A DNA stretch of 51,885 nucleotides, from NCBI GenBank assembly GCA_023261595.1, contig JAHFOQ010000003.1, positions 1 to 51,885 on the forward strand, given 5' to 3'. The notes beneath the pieces are model-generated. The model was not told the DNA's origin, made no database searches, and worked only from the letters and a program-made list of their open reading frames with translations. Numbering within the stretch: the first letter of the stretch is position 1; every line of letters starts with the position of its first letter. The stretch comes from a bacterium. Lineage in GTDB: Bacteria; Patescibacteriota; Saccharimonadia; CAILAD01; BJGX01. Made by a program: the position numbers and the translations under genes. Shown here piece after piece: positions 7,331 through 20,188 of this stretch.

Positions 7331-10300
7331 TTACGAAGAAACGGGAGTTGGTTTTTTCTTAATGACCACATTCGTTTCTCCCACAATCTCAATCAGCCCC
7401 GCAATTAAGCTTTCTGATCCGTCAATTCCACCTGGTAAACGTAAGTTCTGAGCTGTAGCAGCGAAGTGAAGCATTATCGGCACACTACCTTTGTGCGCTT
7501 CTAAGTGTCGCTTAATACGTAGAAGCTTTTCTCCCTCTGTAGTAGATTGTAGGCTAATCGTAATACTTTCGATATTATCATTCGGCAAATCTTCTTGAGG
7601 AGTAGCACCCTCTATAGTTTGTTCAGGAGGTGGAAACATGCGAGCAGTTTCGGCTACCGTTGGTTTAACATTGTCGGCAAGAATTTTTAGTTCATCAACT
7701 AATTTACCTTCTCGATCTTTGGCATTAATTTTTCCGGTAATAAGTACTACACTATCTACGGCCAAGTGGTCTTTGCTTTTTTCCCATACACGCGGAAAAA
7801 CTACTACCTCTACATCACTATCGAGGGTTTCGAGTTGCACAAATGCCATTGCGTCATTGTTGCGGGTATATATTTGGCGCATTCCCGTTACAATACCTCC
7901 AATAGTAATTTCGGCACCATCGTCCATTTTCGAAAACTTAGCAATACTTTGTGTCTTAGATGTTAGATAATTACGAAAATCATCAAGCGGGTGACTACTT
8001 ACAAAAAGTCCCATGAGTTCTTTTTCCCACATAAGATGAGTACGTGGATCAACTTTGCCACTCGGTGGAACTAGACGAAGTGGTGGTGTATCTTCTGGTT
8101 TTCCCATCGAACCAAAAATATCTATTTGTCCACTGAGCGCATTTTTTTGTAGTCTACTTGCATAGCCGGTAATAATTTCGACACTTTCGAGTAGCGTATC
8201 TCTATCTCCCATGCCATCAAACGCACCACATTTTATTAGAGATTCCATAACTTTCTTATTAATCGCACTTGCATCGACTCTTTTACAAAAATCTTCTAAG
8301 TTTTTAAACCTACCACCCTCTTTACGAGCAGCCAAAATAATCTCAATTGGTGCAGAACCAACATTTTTTATTGCACCTAATCCAAATCGAATGTTTCCGG
8401 TTTCTGGTACTACTGCAAATTCAGCAAAACTTTCATTTATATCTGGTGGCAAAAGCTCGATTCCCATCTTGCGGCATTCGGTTACTTCAATAGCAATTCT
8501 GTCTAAATTTTCATGATCAGATGTAAGCAGAGCTGCCATAAAAGCTGAAGGATAATGCGCTTTTAAATACGCAGTCTGCACACTAATAAGCGCATAACAT
8601 GCTGCGTGAGATTTATTAAAACAATACGCCGCAAAGTCTTCAATACTCTTCCAGAGATCATTAATAAATTTCTCTTCTACTTTGCTTGTTTTAATTGCTC
8701 CTTCTACAAATTCTTGCTTCATCTTAGCAATAACTTCTGGTATTTTTTTACCAATCCCTTTACGTAAGGTGTCGGCTTGCCCACCAGTAAAGCCACTTAA
8801 GTCTTTTGCAATTTGCATAACCTGTTCTTGATACACAATAATTCCATAGGTGTTTTCGAGTGCATCTTGCATCTTTGGATGACCATAGGTAATAAGACTT
8901 GAGTTATGTTTTCTATTAATAAAATCTTCTATCCACTGCATTGGACCTGGTCGATACAGTGCAACCATTGCAATAATATCTTCAAATCTATCGGGCTTTA
9001 GATCACGAATATAGCGCTTCATTCCGGCTGATTCAAGCTGAAAAACACCAGTAGTATCACCTCGACTCAATAGTTCGTAAGTTTTTTTATCGTCTATTGG
9101 TATTTCATTCACATCTATGTCTTTGTTGTATACCTTTTTGATAATACGAAGAGTGTTTTTAATAACCGTTAGGTTAGAAAGGCCCAAGAAATCAAATTTT
9201 AAAAGTCCTAACTCTTCTATTGGATTCATGGAATATTGGGTTGCTACTCCACCCTTACTCGCACGTGTGAGTGGTACATATTCAACTAAATTTTCTGGAG
9301 CTATTACTACACCTGCGGCATGAGTACCGGCATTACGAATCGTCCCCTCCAGCTGCATAGCAATTTCTATAACTTCTTTCGCTTTTGGATTGTTCGTATA
9401 TTCTGCCTTTAATTCTGGATTGTCTACAATCGATTTCTTGAGCGGTACATGTCTTCCTTGAATAGGTGCCGGTATTACTTTAGCAATTGCATCAACTTCA
9501 CCGTACGGCAAACCAAGTACTCTCCCAGTATCACGCACAGCATTACGTGCAGCCATTACTCCAAAGGTAATAATCTGTGCTACTCGTTCTTGGCCATATT
9601 TTTCGGTAGCATAATTAATAACTTCTTCTCGCCTATCATCAGCGTAATCCATATCGATATCAGGCATACTTATACGATCAGGGTTTAAAAAACGTTCAAA
9701 AAGAAGATCGTATTTTAGCGGATCGAGTTCGGTAATAGCAGTAGCATAGGCAATGATACTTCCGGCTGCCGAACCACGACCTGGTCCACAAACAATACCT
9801 TGGGCTTTACTCCAATTTATTAAATCCGAAACTATCAGCATGTAGCCTTCATATCCCATATCACCAATTACACCTAGTTCGAATTCAATCCGTTCGAGTA
9901 CTTCTGCTGGAAGCTTGGGTTTAACTTTAGCCTCAGTAAGATTTTCTCCTTTCATGTCTGTGTAACGTTTTGCTGCACCAGCAAATACCATTTCTCGTAA
10001 AAGAGATTTTTCTGTTTTACCTTTTGGAACATCTGGAAAACGCGGGATTAAAATGCGACCGAGTTCAATTTCTATTTCGCAACGTTCTGCGATTTTTACG
10101 GTATTGCTCACCGCTTCTGGAACGTCTTTAAAAAACTCGGCAAAATGACTACCCGGTTGCACTGAAAGGTCCATTTCGAGCTTCATGCGTTTAACATCAT
10201 CTACCGTACTGCCGGTCTGTACACAAAGCAAGATATCATGTGCGTAGTGTTGATCAGAAACCGAGTAGTGAGAATCGCCGGTTGCTACTAAATTTAATTC

Positions 10301-10954
10301 TAGCTCTTTGGCAAGCTTCTTTATTCCCTCATTTACTTTCTGCTGAAATTCTTCGGTATGTGGCTGTAATTCTAAAAAGTAATTTTCCGAGCCAAATACA
10401 CCCTTATACCACTGTGCGGTTTTTTTTGCCTCTGCATAATTGTTATCAAGTATTTTGCTGCCTAGCTCACCACCTGCACACCCAGAGAGGACAATAATTC
10501 CTTCTTTATATTTTTCTAACAGATCATGATCAACACGTGGTTTATAGTAAAATCCTTCTAAGTTTGCTATCGTACTCAGCTTCATTAAATTTTTATACCC
10601 CTGCATGTTTTCGGCCAATAGGGTTAAGTGAAACGGTGTTCTGTCTTCGGCACTATTCTTATCTAAATGAGTTCGGGGTGCTACATACGTTTCGATGCCG
10701 ATAATAGGTTTAATACCCTTTTGTTTACAGGCTTTATAAAACTCAATTGCACCAGAAAGACTCCCATGGTCAGTTATTGCACAGGCATACTGACCTAAGC
10801 TTTCGATATGATCAACTAAATCTGGTACTTTTTGGAGACCATCGAGTAAACTATAGTGTGTGTGAGTATGTAAATGCACAAAATCAACAAAACCCTTTTC
10901 CGTGCGGGTTTTGTTAATTACTTCATTTTTACCTATCTCTATAGCGTCTGCCAT
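7331..10954 (-). CDS. dnaE: DNA polymerase III alpha subunit
   Basis: PHP domain HLHTHTHYSLLDG, GPGRGSAAGS, RISMPDIDMD, GLLKFDFLGL, FNKSHA; start MADAIE after GAGGAGG. Confidence 0.98.
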   Translation of the reverse strand: MADAIEIGKNEVINKTRTEKGFVDFVHLHTHTHYSLLDGLQKVPDLVDHIESLGQYACAITDHGSLSGAIEFYKACKQKGIKPIIGIETYVAPRTHLDKNSAEDRTPFHLTLLAENMQGYKNLMKLSTIANLEGFYYKPRVDHDLLEKYKEGIIVLSGCAGGELGSKILDNNYAEAKKTAQWYKGVFGSENYFLELQPHTEEFQQKVNEGIKKLAKELELNLVATGDSHYSVSDQHYAHDILLCVQTGSTVDDVKRMKLEMDLSVQPGSHFAEFFKDVPEAVSNTVKIAERCEIEIELGRILIPRFPDVPKGKTEKSLLREMVFAGAAKRYTDMKGENLTEAKVKPKLPAEVLERIEFELGVIGDMGYEGYMLIVSDLINWSKAQGIVCGPGRGSAAGSIIAYATAITELDPLKYDLLFERFLNPDRISMPDIDMDYADDRREEVINYATEKYGQERVAQIITFGVMAARNAVRDTGRVLGLPYGEVDAIAKVIPAPIQGRHVPLKKSIVDNPELKAEYTNNPKAKEVIEIAMQLEGTIRNAGTHAAGVVIAPENLVEYVPLTRASKGGVATQYSMNPIEELGLLKFDFLGLSNLTVIKNTLRIIKKVYNKDIDVNEIPIDDKKTYELLSRGDTTGVFQLESAGMKRYIRDLKPDRFEDIIAMVALYRPGPMQWIEDFINRKHNSSLITYGHPKMQDALENTYGIIVYQEQVMQIAKDLSGFTGGQADTLRKGIGKKIPEVIAKMKQEFVEGAIKTSKVEEKFINDLWKSIEDFAAYCFNKSHAACYALISVQTAYLKAHYPSAFMAALLTSDHENLDRIAIEVTECRKMGIELLPPDINESFAEFAVVPETGNIRFGLGAIKNVGSAPIEIILAARKEGGRFKNLEDFCKRVDASAINKKVMESLIKCGAFDGMGDRDTLLESVEIITGYASRLQKNALSGQIDIFGSMGKPEDTPPLRLVPPSGKVDPRTHLMWEKELMGLFVSSHPLDDFRNYLTSKTQSIAKFSKMDDGAEITIGGIVTGMRQIYTRNNDAMAFVQLETLDSDVEVVVFPRVWEKSKDHLAVDSVVLITGKINAKDREGKLVDELKILADNVKPTVAETARMFPPPEQTIEGATPQEDLPNDNIESITISLQSTTEGEKLLRIKRHLEAHKGSVPIMLHFAATAQNLRLPGGIDGSESLIAGLIEIVGETNVVIKKKPTPVSS

Positions 10955-11022
10955 TACCCTCCTCAATGTATATCTATTTTACCACGATCGGATTAGACAC
11001 GAACAAAGAGACGAGGTTAACA

Positions 11023-11286
11023 TTAATTTGTTTGTGTAGCTGCTCCAATTTGTTGTAAGATATGGCCGATATATGGTAACCCGCCAAAATATGTTACGAG
11101 AAATCCAATAATTACAATTGCAATCGCTGCACCAATAACACCAGCTAATCCACGTACAAAACCAGTTTGAAAATTTAGCCACCACAGCTTTTTCTTATTT
11201 CGTAGTAACTCATTTATTTCATTAAGCCCAAGACTCGAACTAAGTGCTTCAGCGTCTTGTTTGGTTTTTTCTTTTTGAGTCGTCAC
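11023..11286 (-). CDS. Small membrane protein (DUF5665-like)
   Basis: NFQTGFVRGLAGVIGA plus TM helix; GTG start. Confidence 0.65.
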   Translation of the reverse strand: MTTQKEKTKQDAEALSSSLGLNEINELLRNKKKLWWLNFQTGFVRGLAGVIGAAIAIVIIGFLVTYFGGLPYIGHILQQIGAATQTN

Positions 11287-11293
11287 TACTAAG

Positions 11294-11752
11294 CTATTTC
11301 TTAGTAGGTTTTTTTACTGGCCGTTTCGTTTTCTCGGCAGCACGTTCGTTGGCTCTTTGTATACGAGTAGCTTCTTTCTTACTTGTTTCATAGACTCGTT
11401 TTGATGATTCAGCAAGTTCTAGAGCTAATTCAGCAGCCTGATGTGTGAGTACTTTAGTTTCTTCTGCAGCAACTTTTCCAACTTTTTTAGAAGATTTAGA
11501 AAGTTCAGCACTTTTACGCGCAAGCTCTGCTGCAAGTTTTTCTGCTTGTTCAATCTTTTCTTTGGTAACTTTGTCGCCTGTTTTTTTTGCGGTATTAATT
11601 TTGGACTGAAGTTCAGCTTGTGCTTCTTCGCACCGTTTTTTTAGATCTTCTCTGGTTTCTTTACCACTTTTTGGCGCGAACAATAAAGCAGTCGTTCCGG
11701 CTACTAAACCGCCAATAATTACTCCTTTAATAAATCCTTTTTCTTTACTCAT
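11294..11752 (-). CDS. YtxH domain-containing protein
   Basis: GVIIGGLVAGTTALLFAPKSGKETREDLK signature. Confidence 0.9.
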   Translation of the reverse strand: MSKEKGFIKGVIIGGLVAGTTALLFAPKSGKETREDLKKRCEEAQAELQSKINTAKKTGDKVTKEKIEQAEKLAAELARKSAELSKSSKKVGKVAAEETKVLTHQAAELALELAESSKRVYETSKKEATRIQRANERAAEKTKRPVKKPTKK

Positions 11753-12014
11753 CGCTTTTCTTCTTTTTTCCTTTAAAAGCACCGTGCAGGTACTTTTCTA
11801 TCATAACTGCAACAATACCAGGATTAACTACGGTACGACGAACTTCATCGACTAATTCAGAAGCAGAATCAGCACTTTCTTGCACTTTCGTAGCAGCAAT
11901 TCTGACTTGCTTAAGTGCCTTTACTAACATAACTAAGAAAATTACTGTATAAATTATCAGAATAATAAGAGCGATCGAAACTAAAGTAATAAGTACTATC
12001 AATAATGTGTTCAT
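11745..12014 (-). CDS. Small membrane protein (DUF948/YoxC-like)
   Basis: N-terminal TM plus coiled coil; adjacent to the YtxH gene. Confidence 0.6.
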   Translation of the reverse strand: MNTLLIVLITLVSIALIILIIYTVIFLVMLVKALKQVRIAATKVQESADSASELVDEVRRTVVNPGIVAVMIEKYLHGAFKGKKKKSDE

Positions 12015-12076
12015 TTGTGCTCCTCACTAACGTTAAGTATATCTTTATACTACCACTTATATAGAGAAAAGCAAAA

Positions 12077-12703
12077 TTATTTATGATGTTTGTTTATCTT
12101 ATAATGTATTGCCTGGAGCACGTCAGCACGTTGCATATGTTCATATGTTGCTTCGTCACGTTCGAGCAATATCCATTCATTGTCATCTACGACTGCATTA
12201 GGTACTACATGTAGATTGCCTTGTTTATCAATAATCCTTGTTTTCTTTACATCCATTTCAAGTATATATCCCTCAGCACGTTCATCTTTCGCACCAACAA
12301 TTACTTTATCGCCAATTCGAAAATCATGATCACTACTAAGTTGTAAACCAGACAGAAGATCTTTTACTGTTGGTGTTATTCCTTGTGATATACCAAATGA
12401 AAACGCCGCAGCTAACGCACCAACCGTCAGTGCTATATTGGTGAGTCCAAGAATTTGCAATGTTCCAATACCAAGTAAAACCCATAATATACTTTGTACT
12501 ATTATTTGTAATATCTCTTTTAAACCGAAAGAAAATTTTACATAACCAAGAATGCGCTCAAATAAATATGAGAGTAACCGAATAAGAATAACACCAATAA
12601 TTGCAAACAATACAGCTCGAATAACTCTTGGTCCGAACGAAACAAAACCAGTACTTAACTGCTCGAGTGCACTTTGCGTATTTATAAAAACAAAATTATT
12701 CAT
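12077..12703 (-). CDS. Small-conductance mechanosensitive channel (MscS family)
   Basis: Three TMs, KDLLSGL...FRIGDKV...VPN. Confidence 0.85.
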   Translation of the reverse strand: MNNFVFINTQSALEQLSTGFVSFGPRVIRAVLFAIIGVILIRLLSYLFERILGYVKFSFGLKEILQIIVQSILWVLLGIGTLQILGLTNIALTVGALAAAFSFGISQGITPTVKDLLSGLQLSSDHDFRIGDKVIVGAKDERAEGYILEMDVKKTRIIDKQGNLHVVPNAVVDDNEWILLERDEATYEHMQRADVLQAIHYKINKHHK

Positions 12704-12715
12704 TGGGGGATATTA

Positions 12716-14155
12716 TTACTGTTCTTGTAATAATTTTAGCACAAGAGCATTGGCCTTGCCGGGATTTGCCTGACCTTTTGTGGCCGCCATAACTTGACCC
12801 ACAAAGAATCCAGCTGCTTTTTCATTACCCGATTTATAATCGGCCACAGCCTGAGGATTTTTCTCTATAATTGCTAAAATTATGTTTTCAATTTCAGAAT
12901 CGTCACTCATCTGTGTAAGACCTTTTTGAGATATAATTTCATTTGGTTTTTGTCCAGCAATTACATCGGTAAAAATTTCTTTTGCAGTTTTAGAAGAAAT
13001 ACTTCCGTCTTCGATTAATTTAATCAAATCAGCCAAATGTTCACCGGTAAGTTTTGAATCAGATTCGCTATGTTCACTCTTCCAGGCCTGATAATCACCA
13101 ACCAACCAGTTAACTATCTTCTTCTCGAGCTTTGGATTAGCAATACTGTTTTTGGCATCATAAAAGATTGTACGAGTCTGAACTTGACCAACCAAAATAT
13201 CTTGTTCGTCTGCATTCAGACCAAGCTGTAATAACTCTCTGCGAACATTAATTGGTAGAACCGTTTGTTTAATTTCATCTTGAACTGAATTAATAAATTC
13301 TTCTCTCAAATTAATAGGAGGGATGTCTGGCTCTGGAAAATATCGATAATCATTTGCTTCTTCTTTACTGCGTTGAGACACCGTTTGGCTCTTTGCGTCG
13401 TTCCAACCACGGGTTTCTTGGATTATTTTCTCACCACTCTCTAAAACCTCTATCTGACGCGCAATTTCGTACTTGAGTGATCGCTCGGCATTACGAAAAG
13501 AGTTGAGATTTTTTAGTTCTGTTCGAGTGCCCAGCTCATCAGTGTCACTCACCGAAACATTTAAATCAAATTTAAAGTTACCATGTTCCATATCACCGTC
13601 ACTTACTCCTAAAGTAGTGGCAATCGCATATATTTCTTGCAGATATCGTTTTGCTTCAACCGGACTATGCATATCTGGTTCTGAAACGATTTCTACAAGT
13701 GGTGTGCCAGCTCGATTAAAATCTACCAGACTATAATCTTTACCGGCCGGATGAGTTGATTTCCCGGCATCTTCTTCTAGGTGAGCATGGTGAATACCAA
13801 CCTTTTTAAATTCGTTATCAACAAGTATTTCAATATGCCCCTCTCCAATGATTGGTTCGCGCATTTGGGTAATCTGGTATCCTTTTGGACTATCTGGATA
13901 AAAATAGTTCTTTCTATCAAAACTCGTAGTATCGGCTATTTTTGCATTTAAGCCGTAGCCAAGACGAATTGCCAATTCTACTGCGCCTTTATTTACTACT
14001 GGTAGGCTACCTGGAAAAGCTAAACAAACAGGACACACATTGGTATTAGGTTTGGCGCTGCGACTATTATTATCGCAACCGCAAAACATTTTACTCTTAG
14101 TAGCAAGCTGGACATGAATTTCTATACCGATAGTTGGAGTGTATTGTTTTGACAC
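12716..14155 (-). CDS. gatB: Asp/Glu-tRNA amidotransferase subunit B
   Basis: IGIEIHVQL, FDRKNYFYPD, HLEEDAGK, DFNRAGTPLVEIVSEPD, DYRYFPEPD, C-terminal Yqey domain. Confidence 0.98.
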   Translation of the reverse strand: MSKQYTPTIGIEIHVQLATKSKMFCGCDNNSRSAKPNTNVCPVCLAFPGSLPVVNKGAVELAIRLGYGLNAKIADTTSFDRKNYFYPDSPKGYQITQMREPIIGEGHIEILVDNEFKKVGIHHAHLEEDAGKSTHPAGKDYSLVDFNRAGTPLVEIVSEPDMHSPVEAKRYLQEIYAIATTLGVSDGDMEHGNFKFDLNVSVSDTDELGTRTELKNLNSFRNAERSLKYEIARQIEVLESGEKIIQETRGWNDAKSQTVSQRSKEEANDYRYFPEPDIPPINLREEFINSVQDEIKQTVLPINVRRELLQLGLNADEQDILVGQVQTRTIFYDAKNSIANPKLEKKIVNWLVGDYQAWKSEHSESDSKLTGEHLADLIKLIEDGSISSKTAKEIFTDVIAGQKPNEIISQKGLTQMSDDSEIENIILAIIEKNPQAVADYKSGNEKAAGFFVGQVMAATKGQANPGKANALVLKLLQEQ

Positions 14156-14625
14156 TACAGACTTACTCCTAAATCTCGTATTGCTTGGCCAAGATCGGCA
14201 ATTGCTTGTTTAAACTGTGGTGCCACAACATCGTGTTGAATTTCGTGTGCCATTTGGTTACGCAGTTTGTGTGCTGTCCAGACTGCATTTACATTATTAA
14301 ATGCCGATCCTCCACTCTTTAGGCGTTCTCCCATTGTTTCGCCCGAGAAACCTTTTTGGATCATTACATAATCAAGTAATTTATCAGCTTCTATGAGTGC
14401 ATTCTTTAAACCAGCCGCGCCAGAGTTTTGCATAGCACTAATTTCATTCCATTTGTTTTTTACGAGCTCACCATCTACCCCACCATTGGTTGAATTCTTT
14501 TCTGATTTTATACCGTTTACCTTATTTGGATTGAATGTTCTCTTATCAGTAGCTTTGCTCTTCATGAAGAAATAGATAAGCAAGCTAATAACTACTACTG
14601 CAACTATTAATGAAATATAGCTCAT
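14155..14625 (-). CDS. Membrane-anchored hypothetical protein with HEPN-like RxxxxH motif
   Basis: N-terminal TM; ALIEADKLLD...GERLK...AHKLRNQMAHE. Confidence 0.7.
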   Translation of the reverse strand: MSYISLIVAVVVISLLIYFFMKSKATDKRTFNPNKVNGIKSEKNSTNGGVDGELVKNKWNEISAMQNSGAAGLKNALIEADKLLDYVMIQKGFSGETMGERLKSGGSAFNNVNAVWTAHKLRNQMAHEIQHDVVAPQFKQAIADLGQAIRDLGVSL

Positions 14626-16043
14626 AATTTCGGTCTCCTTTGATGCCAGTCAGAATTTGCTTGAATTTGTTTTGCAAGTGCGAGTACTGTAGTATCTTCT
14701 CCCTGTCGTCCGATTATGTGTAATCCAAGCGGAAGTTTTGTTGCTTCATCAAACCCAATAGGAATACTAATTGCCGGAACTCCAGCAAGATTACTAGATA
14801 CCGTTAAGATATCTTCTTTATACATTTGTAGTGGATCTGTCTTTGCCCCGAATGCAAATGCCGGACTCAGCGTAGTAGGGGTAACTATTACATCGCACAT
14901 TTTAAACAATTCATTGAATTGCTTACATAATAACGTTCTTACCTGCATTGCTTTTTCATAATACGCATCATAATACCCGGCCGAAAGAGAATACGTACCG
15001 ATCATATTTCGTCGTTTCACCTCTGGTCCAAAAAATTCATCCCGGGTTTTGGTATATGTTTCGTTGAGACTGGTAGCTTTTGCACGGGCGCCATACCGTA
15101 TACCATCATATCGTTCTAAATTACTACTAATTTCTGATGGTACTAAGACATAATATGCTGCTAGAGCAAGCTCGCTATCTGGTAATTCTATTTCTTTTAC
15201 TGTGTGGCCGACTGAGGTAAGTAGGTCATTTGCAGTCTGCATGCTATCGCCGTCATATTCCTTTGCAATACCTACTGTAAGATTTTCTATTGTGTTCTCA
15301 TCGCTACTGTTAGATTCAATAGTGGTTGAGTCCATACTATCTTTACCTTCAATTGTGTGTAGGACTATCTCAGCGTCTTCGGCATTACGCGTAATTGGAC
15401 CAATACAATCAAAGCTACTCGCCATTGCAACTACTCCATACCGACTGACTCGACCATACGTGGGCTTAAATCCGATTACACCGCAATAACTCGCTGGTTG
15501 GCGAATAGAACCGCCTGTATCGGTGCCTAAACTAAAAATTCCAAAATCTGCCGCTACGGCCGCCGCACTACCTCCACTACTCCCACCAGGAACATGATTT
15601 TTATTCCACGGATTCGCAGTTTTTTTATAAGCTGAGTTTTCGGTACTTCCACCATGTGCAAACTCATCTTGATTGACTTTAGCAATCAAGATTGCGCCAG
15701 ATGATTTAAGTTTATTTATAGCAGTGGCAGAGTGTGGCGGAATAAAGTTACGAAGAATTTTACTTGCTGCCGTAGTAGGTACACCAGCAGTTAAAAACAT
15801 ATCCTTTGCCGTATATGGAATTCCTTCAAGCAAACCAATCTCTTCACCTCGGGCAATTTTGGCATCAACTTTTTCTGCTTGTTTAAGAGCATTTTTCTTT
15901 CGAACAAACAGACAAGCATTAATCTTGTCATCGTACTTTGCTATGCGATCTAAATAGTATTGTACGAGTTCCTTTGCACTCACTTGTTTGTTTATAAGTA
16001 AATCGTGTGCCTGCTTTATAGATAAATATTCAAGTGTTGCCAT
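14622..16043 (-). CDS. gatA: Asp/Glu-tRNA amidotransferase subunit A
   Basis: Amidase signature PGGSSGGSAAAVAA, LGTDTGGSIRQPA, SNLERYDGIRYG. Confidence 0.98.
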   Translation of the reverse strand: MATLEYLSIKQAHDLLINKQVSAKELVQYYLDRIAKYDDKINACLFVRKKNALKQAEKVDAKIARGEEIGLLEGIPYTAKDMFLTAGVPTTAASKILRNFIPPHSATAINKLKSSGAILIAKVNQDEFAHGGSTENSAYKKTANPWNKNHVPGGSSGGSAAAVAADFGIFSLGTDTGGSIRQPASYCGVIGFKPTYGRVSRYGVVAMASSFDCIGPITRNAEDAEIVLHTIEGKDSMDSTTIESNSSDENTIENLTVGIAKEYDGDSMQTANDLLTSVGHTVKEIELPDSELALAAYYVLVPSEISSNLERYDGIRYGARAKATSLNETYTKTRDEFFGPEVKRRNMIGTYSLSAGYYDAYYEKAMQVRTLLCKQFNELFKMCDVIVTPTTLSPAFAFGAKTDPLQMYKEDILTVSSNLAGVPAISIPIGFDEATKLPLGLHIIGRQGEDTTVLALAKQIQANSDWHQRRPKL

Positions 16044-16333
16044 TATAAAACCTTTGGCACCTTTATGTAGCCATTTTCTTGTTCTGGTGCATTCGCTAAG
16101 AGCTGTTCACGAGTTAACTGACAGTTTTGTACCTTGTCTTCTCGCCAAACATCGCTCAGGCCAGTTACTTGGTTGGTAGGTTCAATGTCTTCTGTATCTG
16201 TGGTCTGAATCGTTTCGACAAAATCTAAAATACTGCTTGTCTGTGTTGTAAGCGAGTTCACTTCTTTTTCGCTTAACCCAATTCGCGCGAGTCGCGCCAC
16301 ATGTTCTATTTCTTGTTTAGAGATCTGTGCCAT
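16043..16333 (-). CDS. gatC: Asp/Glu-tRNA amidotransferase subunit C
   Basis: HVARLARI, REDKV, LANAP, YIKVPKVL. Confidence 0.95.
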   Translation of the reverse strand: MAQISKQEIEHVARLARIGLSEKEVNSLTTQTSSILDFVETIQTTDTEDIEPTNQVTGLSDVWREDKVQNCQLTREQLLANAPEQENGYIKVPKVL

Positions 16334-16374
16334 TTGTCTTATTATACCTGATAAATTGTTTACAAAAAAGCAGC

Positions 16375-16403
16375 AAAAAAGGCGCTTCCCCCTTGGCGCC
16401 TTT
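16375..16403 (-). terminator. Terminator downstream of ligA
   Basis: Minus strand AAAGGCGC-loop-GCGCCTTT then T-tract. Confidence 0.65.
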
Positions 16404-16466
16404 CCTGCTGAATTTCATTATAGCGCATTGCCCCCAGGGCTACGCAAGCATTGCTATTTTACTTTC

Positions 16467-19204
<2,738 letters not shown>

Positions 19205-19278
19205 ACTTCTATTATAGTCGAGTTACGAGCAAACAAAAACCACACGTTACATGTGGCTCATGTTTATTGATAGATTTT

Positions 19279-19845
19279 CTAGAAACTTACGTCTGGAGCT
19301 TTCTTTATAGCTTCTTTTTCGCGCTCAGCAACATCATAAAAATCTCTTGGTTTAAAACCGAGCATGTTTCCGATCATATTCGTTGGAAAAACCTGTAACT
19401 TCATATTAAATGCACGAATGTTTCCATTGTAAAAGCGTCGACTGGCTTGAATCTTATCTTCTGTATCGGTAAGTTCTGATTGTAATTGCAAGAAGTTTTC
19501 GTTTGCCTTAAGGTCTGGATAATTCTCAGTGACGGCAAATAAACTTTTTAGTGTAGATGAAAGCATATTTTCGGCTTCTGCACGTTGTGCAAGGTCACCA
19601 GCAGGTGCCTTCATAACCGCCGCACGGGCTTTCGTTACTTCTTCTAAAGTCCCTTTTTCGTGTTTAGCATAGCCTTTAACCGTTTCTACTAAGTTTGGAA
19701 TCAGGTCCAAGCGACGTTTTTCTTGTACAGTAATGTCACTTAATGATTCATCGGCACGTACACGTGCACGAACCAAGCCGTTGTAGGTTAGCCATAACCA
19801 TAGCAGAATTAATATAACTAGTCCTAAAATAATCCAAATAATCAT
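19279..19845 (-). CDS. lemA: LemA family protein
   Basis: RRLDLIPNLVETVKGYAKHE, ENYPDLKANENF, SRRFYN, FPTN. Confidence 0.95.
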   Translation of the reverse strand: MIIWIILGLVILILLWLWLTYNGLVRARVRADESLSDITVQEKRRLDLIPNLVETVKGYAKHEKGTLEEVTKARAAVMKAPAGDLAQRAEAENMLSSTLKSLFAVTENYPDLKANENFLQLQSELTDTEDKIQASRRFYNGNIRAFNMKLQVFPTNMIGNMLGFKPRDFYDVAEREKEAIKKAPDVSF

Positions 19846-19882
19846 CAGTTACTCCTTTTACTTTTCTTATATATTAACATAT

Positions 19883-20188
19883 TTAGTCCTGAAATTGTCT
19901 GGTTTTTAGGAGGTCGTCTAAAACATCTAGTTCGAGTGGGGCTTCTACTGATTCGACGAATTGTTTATTTGTAGATGTTTTGCTTGTTTCTCTCATCATT
20001 TTCTGCCAGGCTTCTTTATTGGGCCATCGAGCATATGCAATAAAAGTACCATCATTTAGTTTATGTAGGCTTGAACCAAAAGAACCACGTTCTTCATATA
20101 TTTTGGTTGTACCCTTATGCCATACCTCTAAAAACTCCTTTTCATTACTATTTTCAAGAAGCCTCCAATGATAGACAACCGCAAACAT
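19883..20188 (-). CDS. Antibiotic biosynthesis monooxygenase (ABM)-like protein
   Basis: MFAVVYHW...GSFGSSLHK...FIAYARWP pattern. Confidence 0.6.
   Translation of the reverse strand: MFAVVYHWRLLENSNEKEFLEVWHKGTTKIYEERGSFGSSLHKLNDGTFIAYARWPNKEAWQKMMRETSKTSTNKQFVESVEAPLELDVLDDLLKTRQFQD

Noticed and set aside
7331-10954. Intein in DnaE
   Set aside because: Normal length, with no insertion or intein terminal motifs seen.
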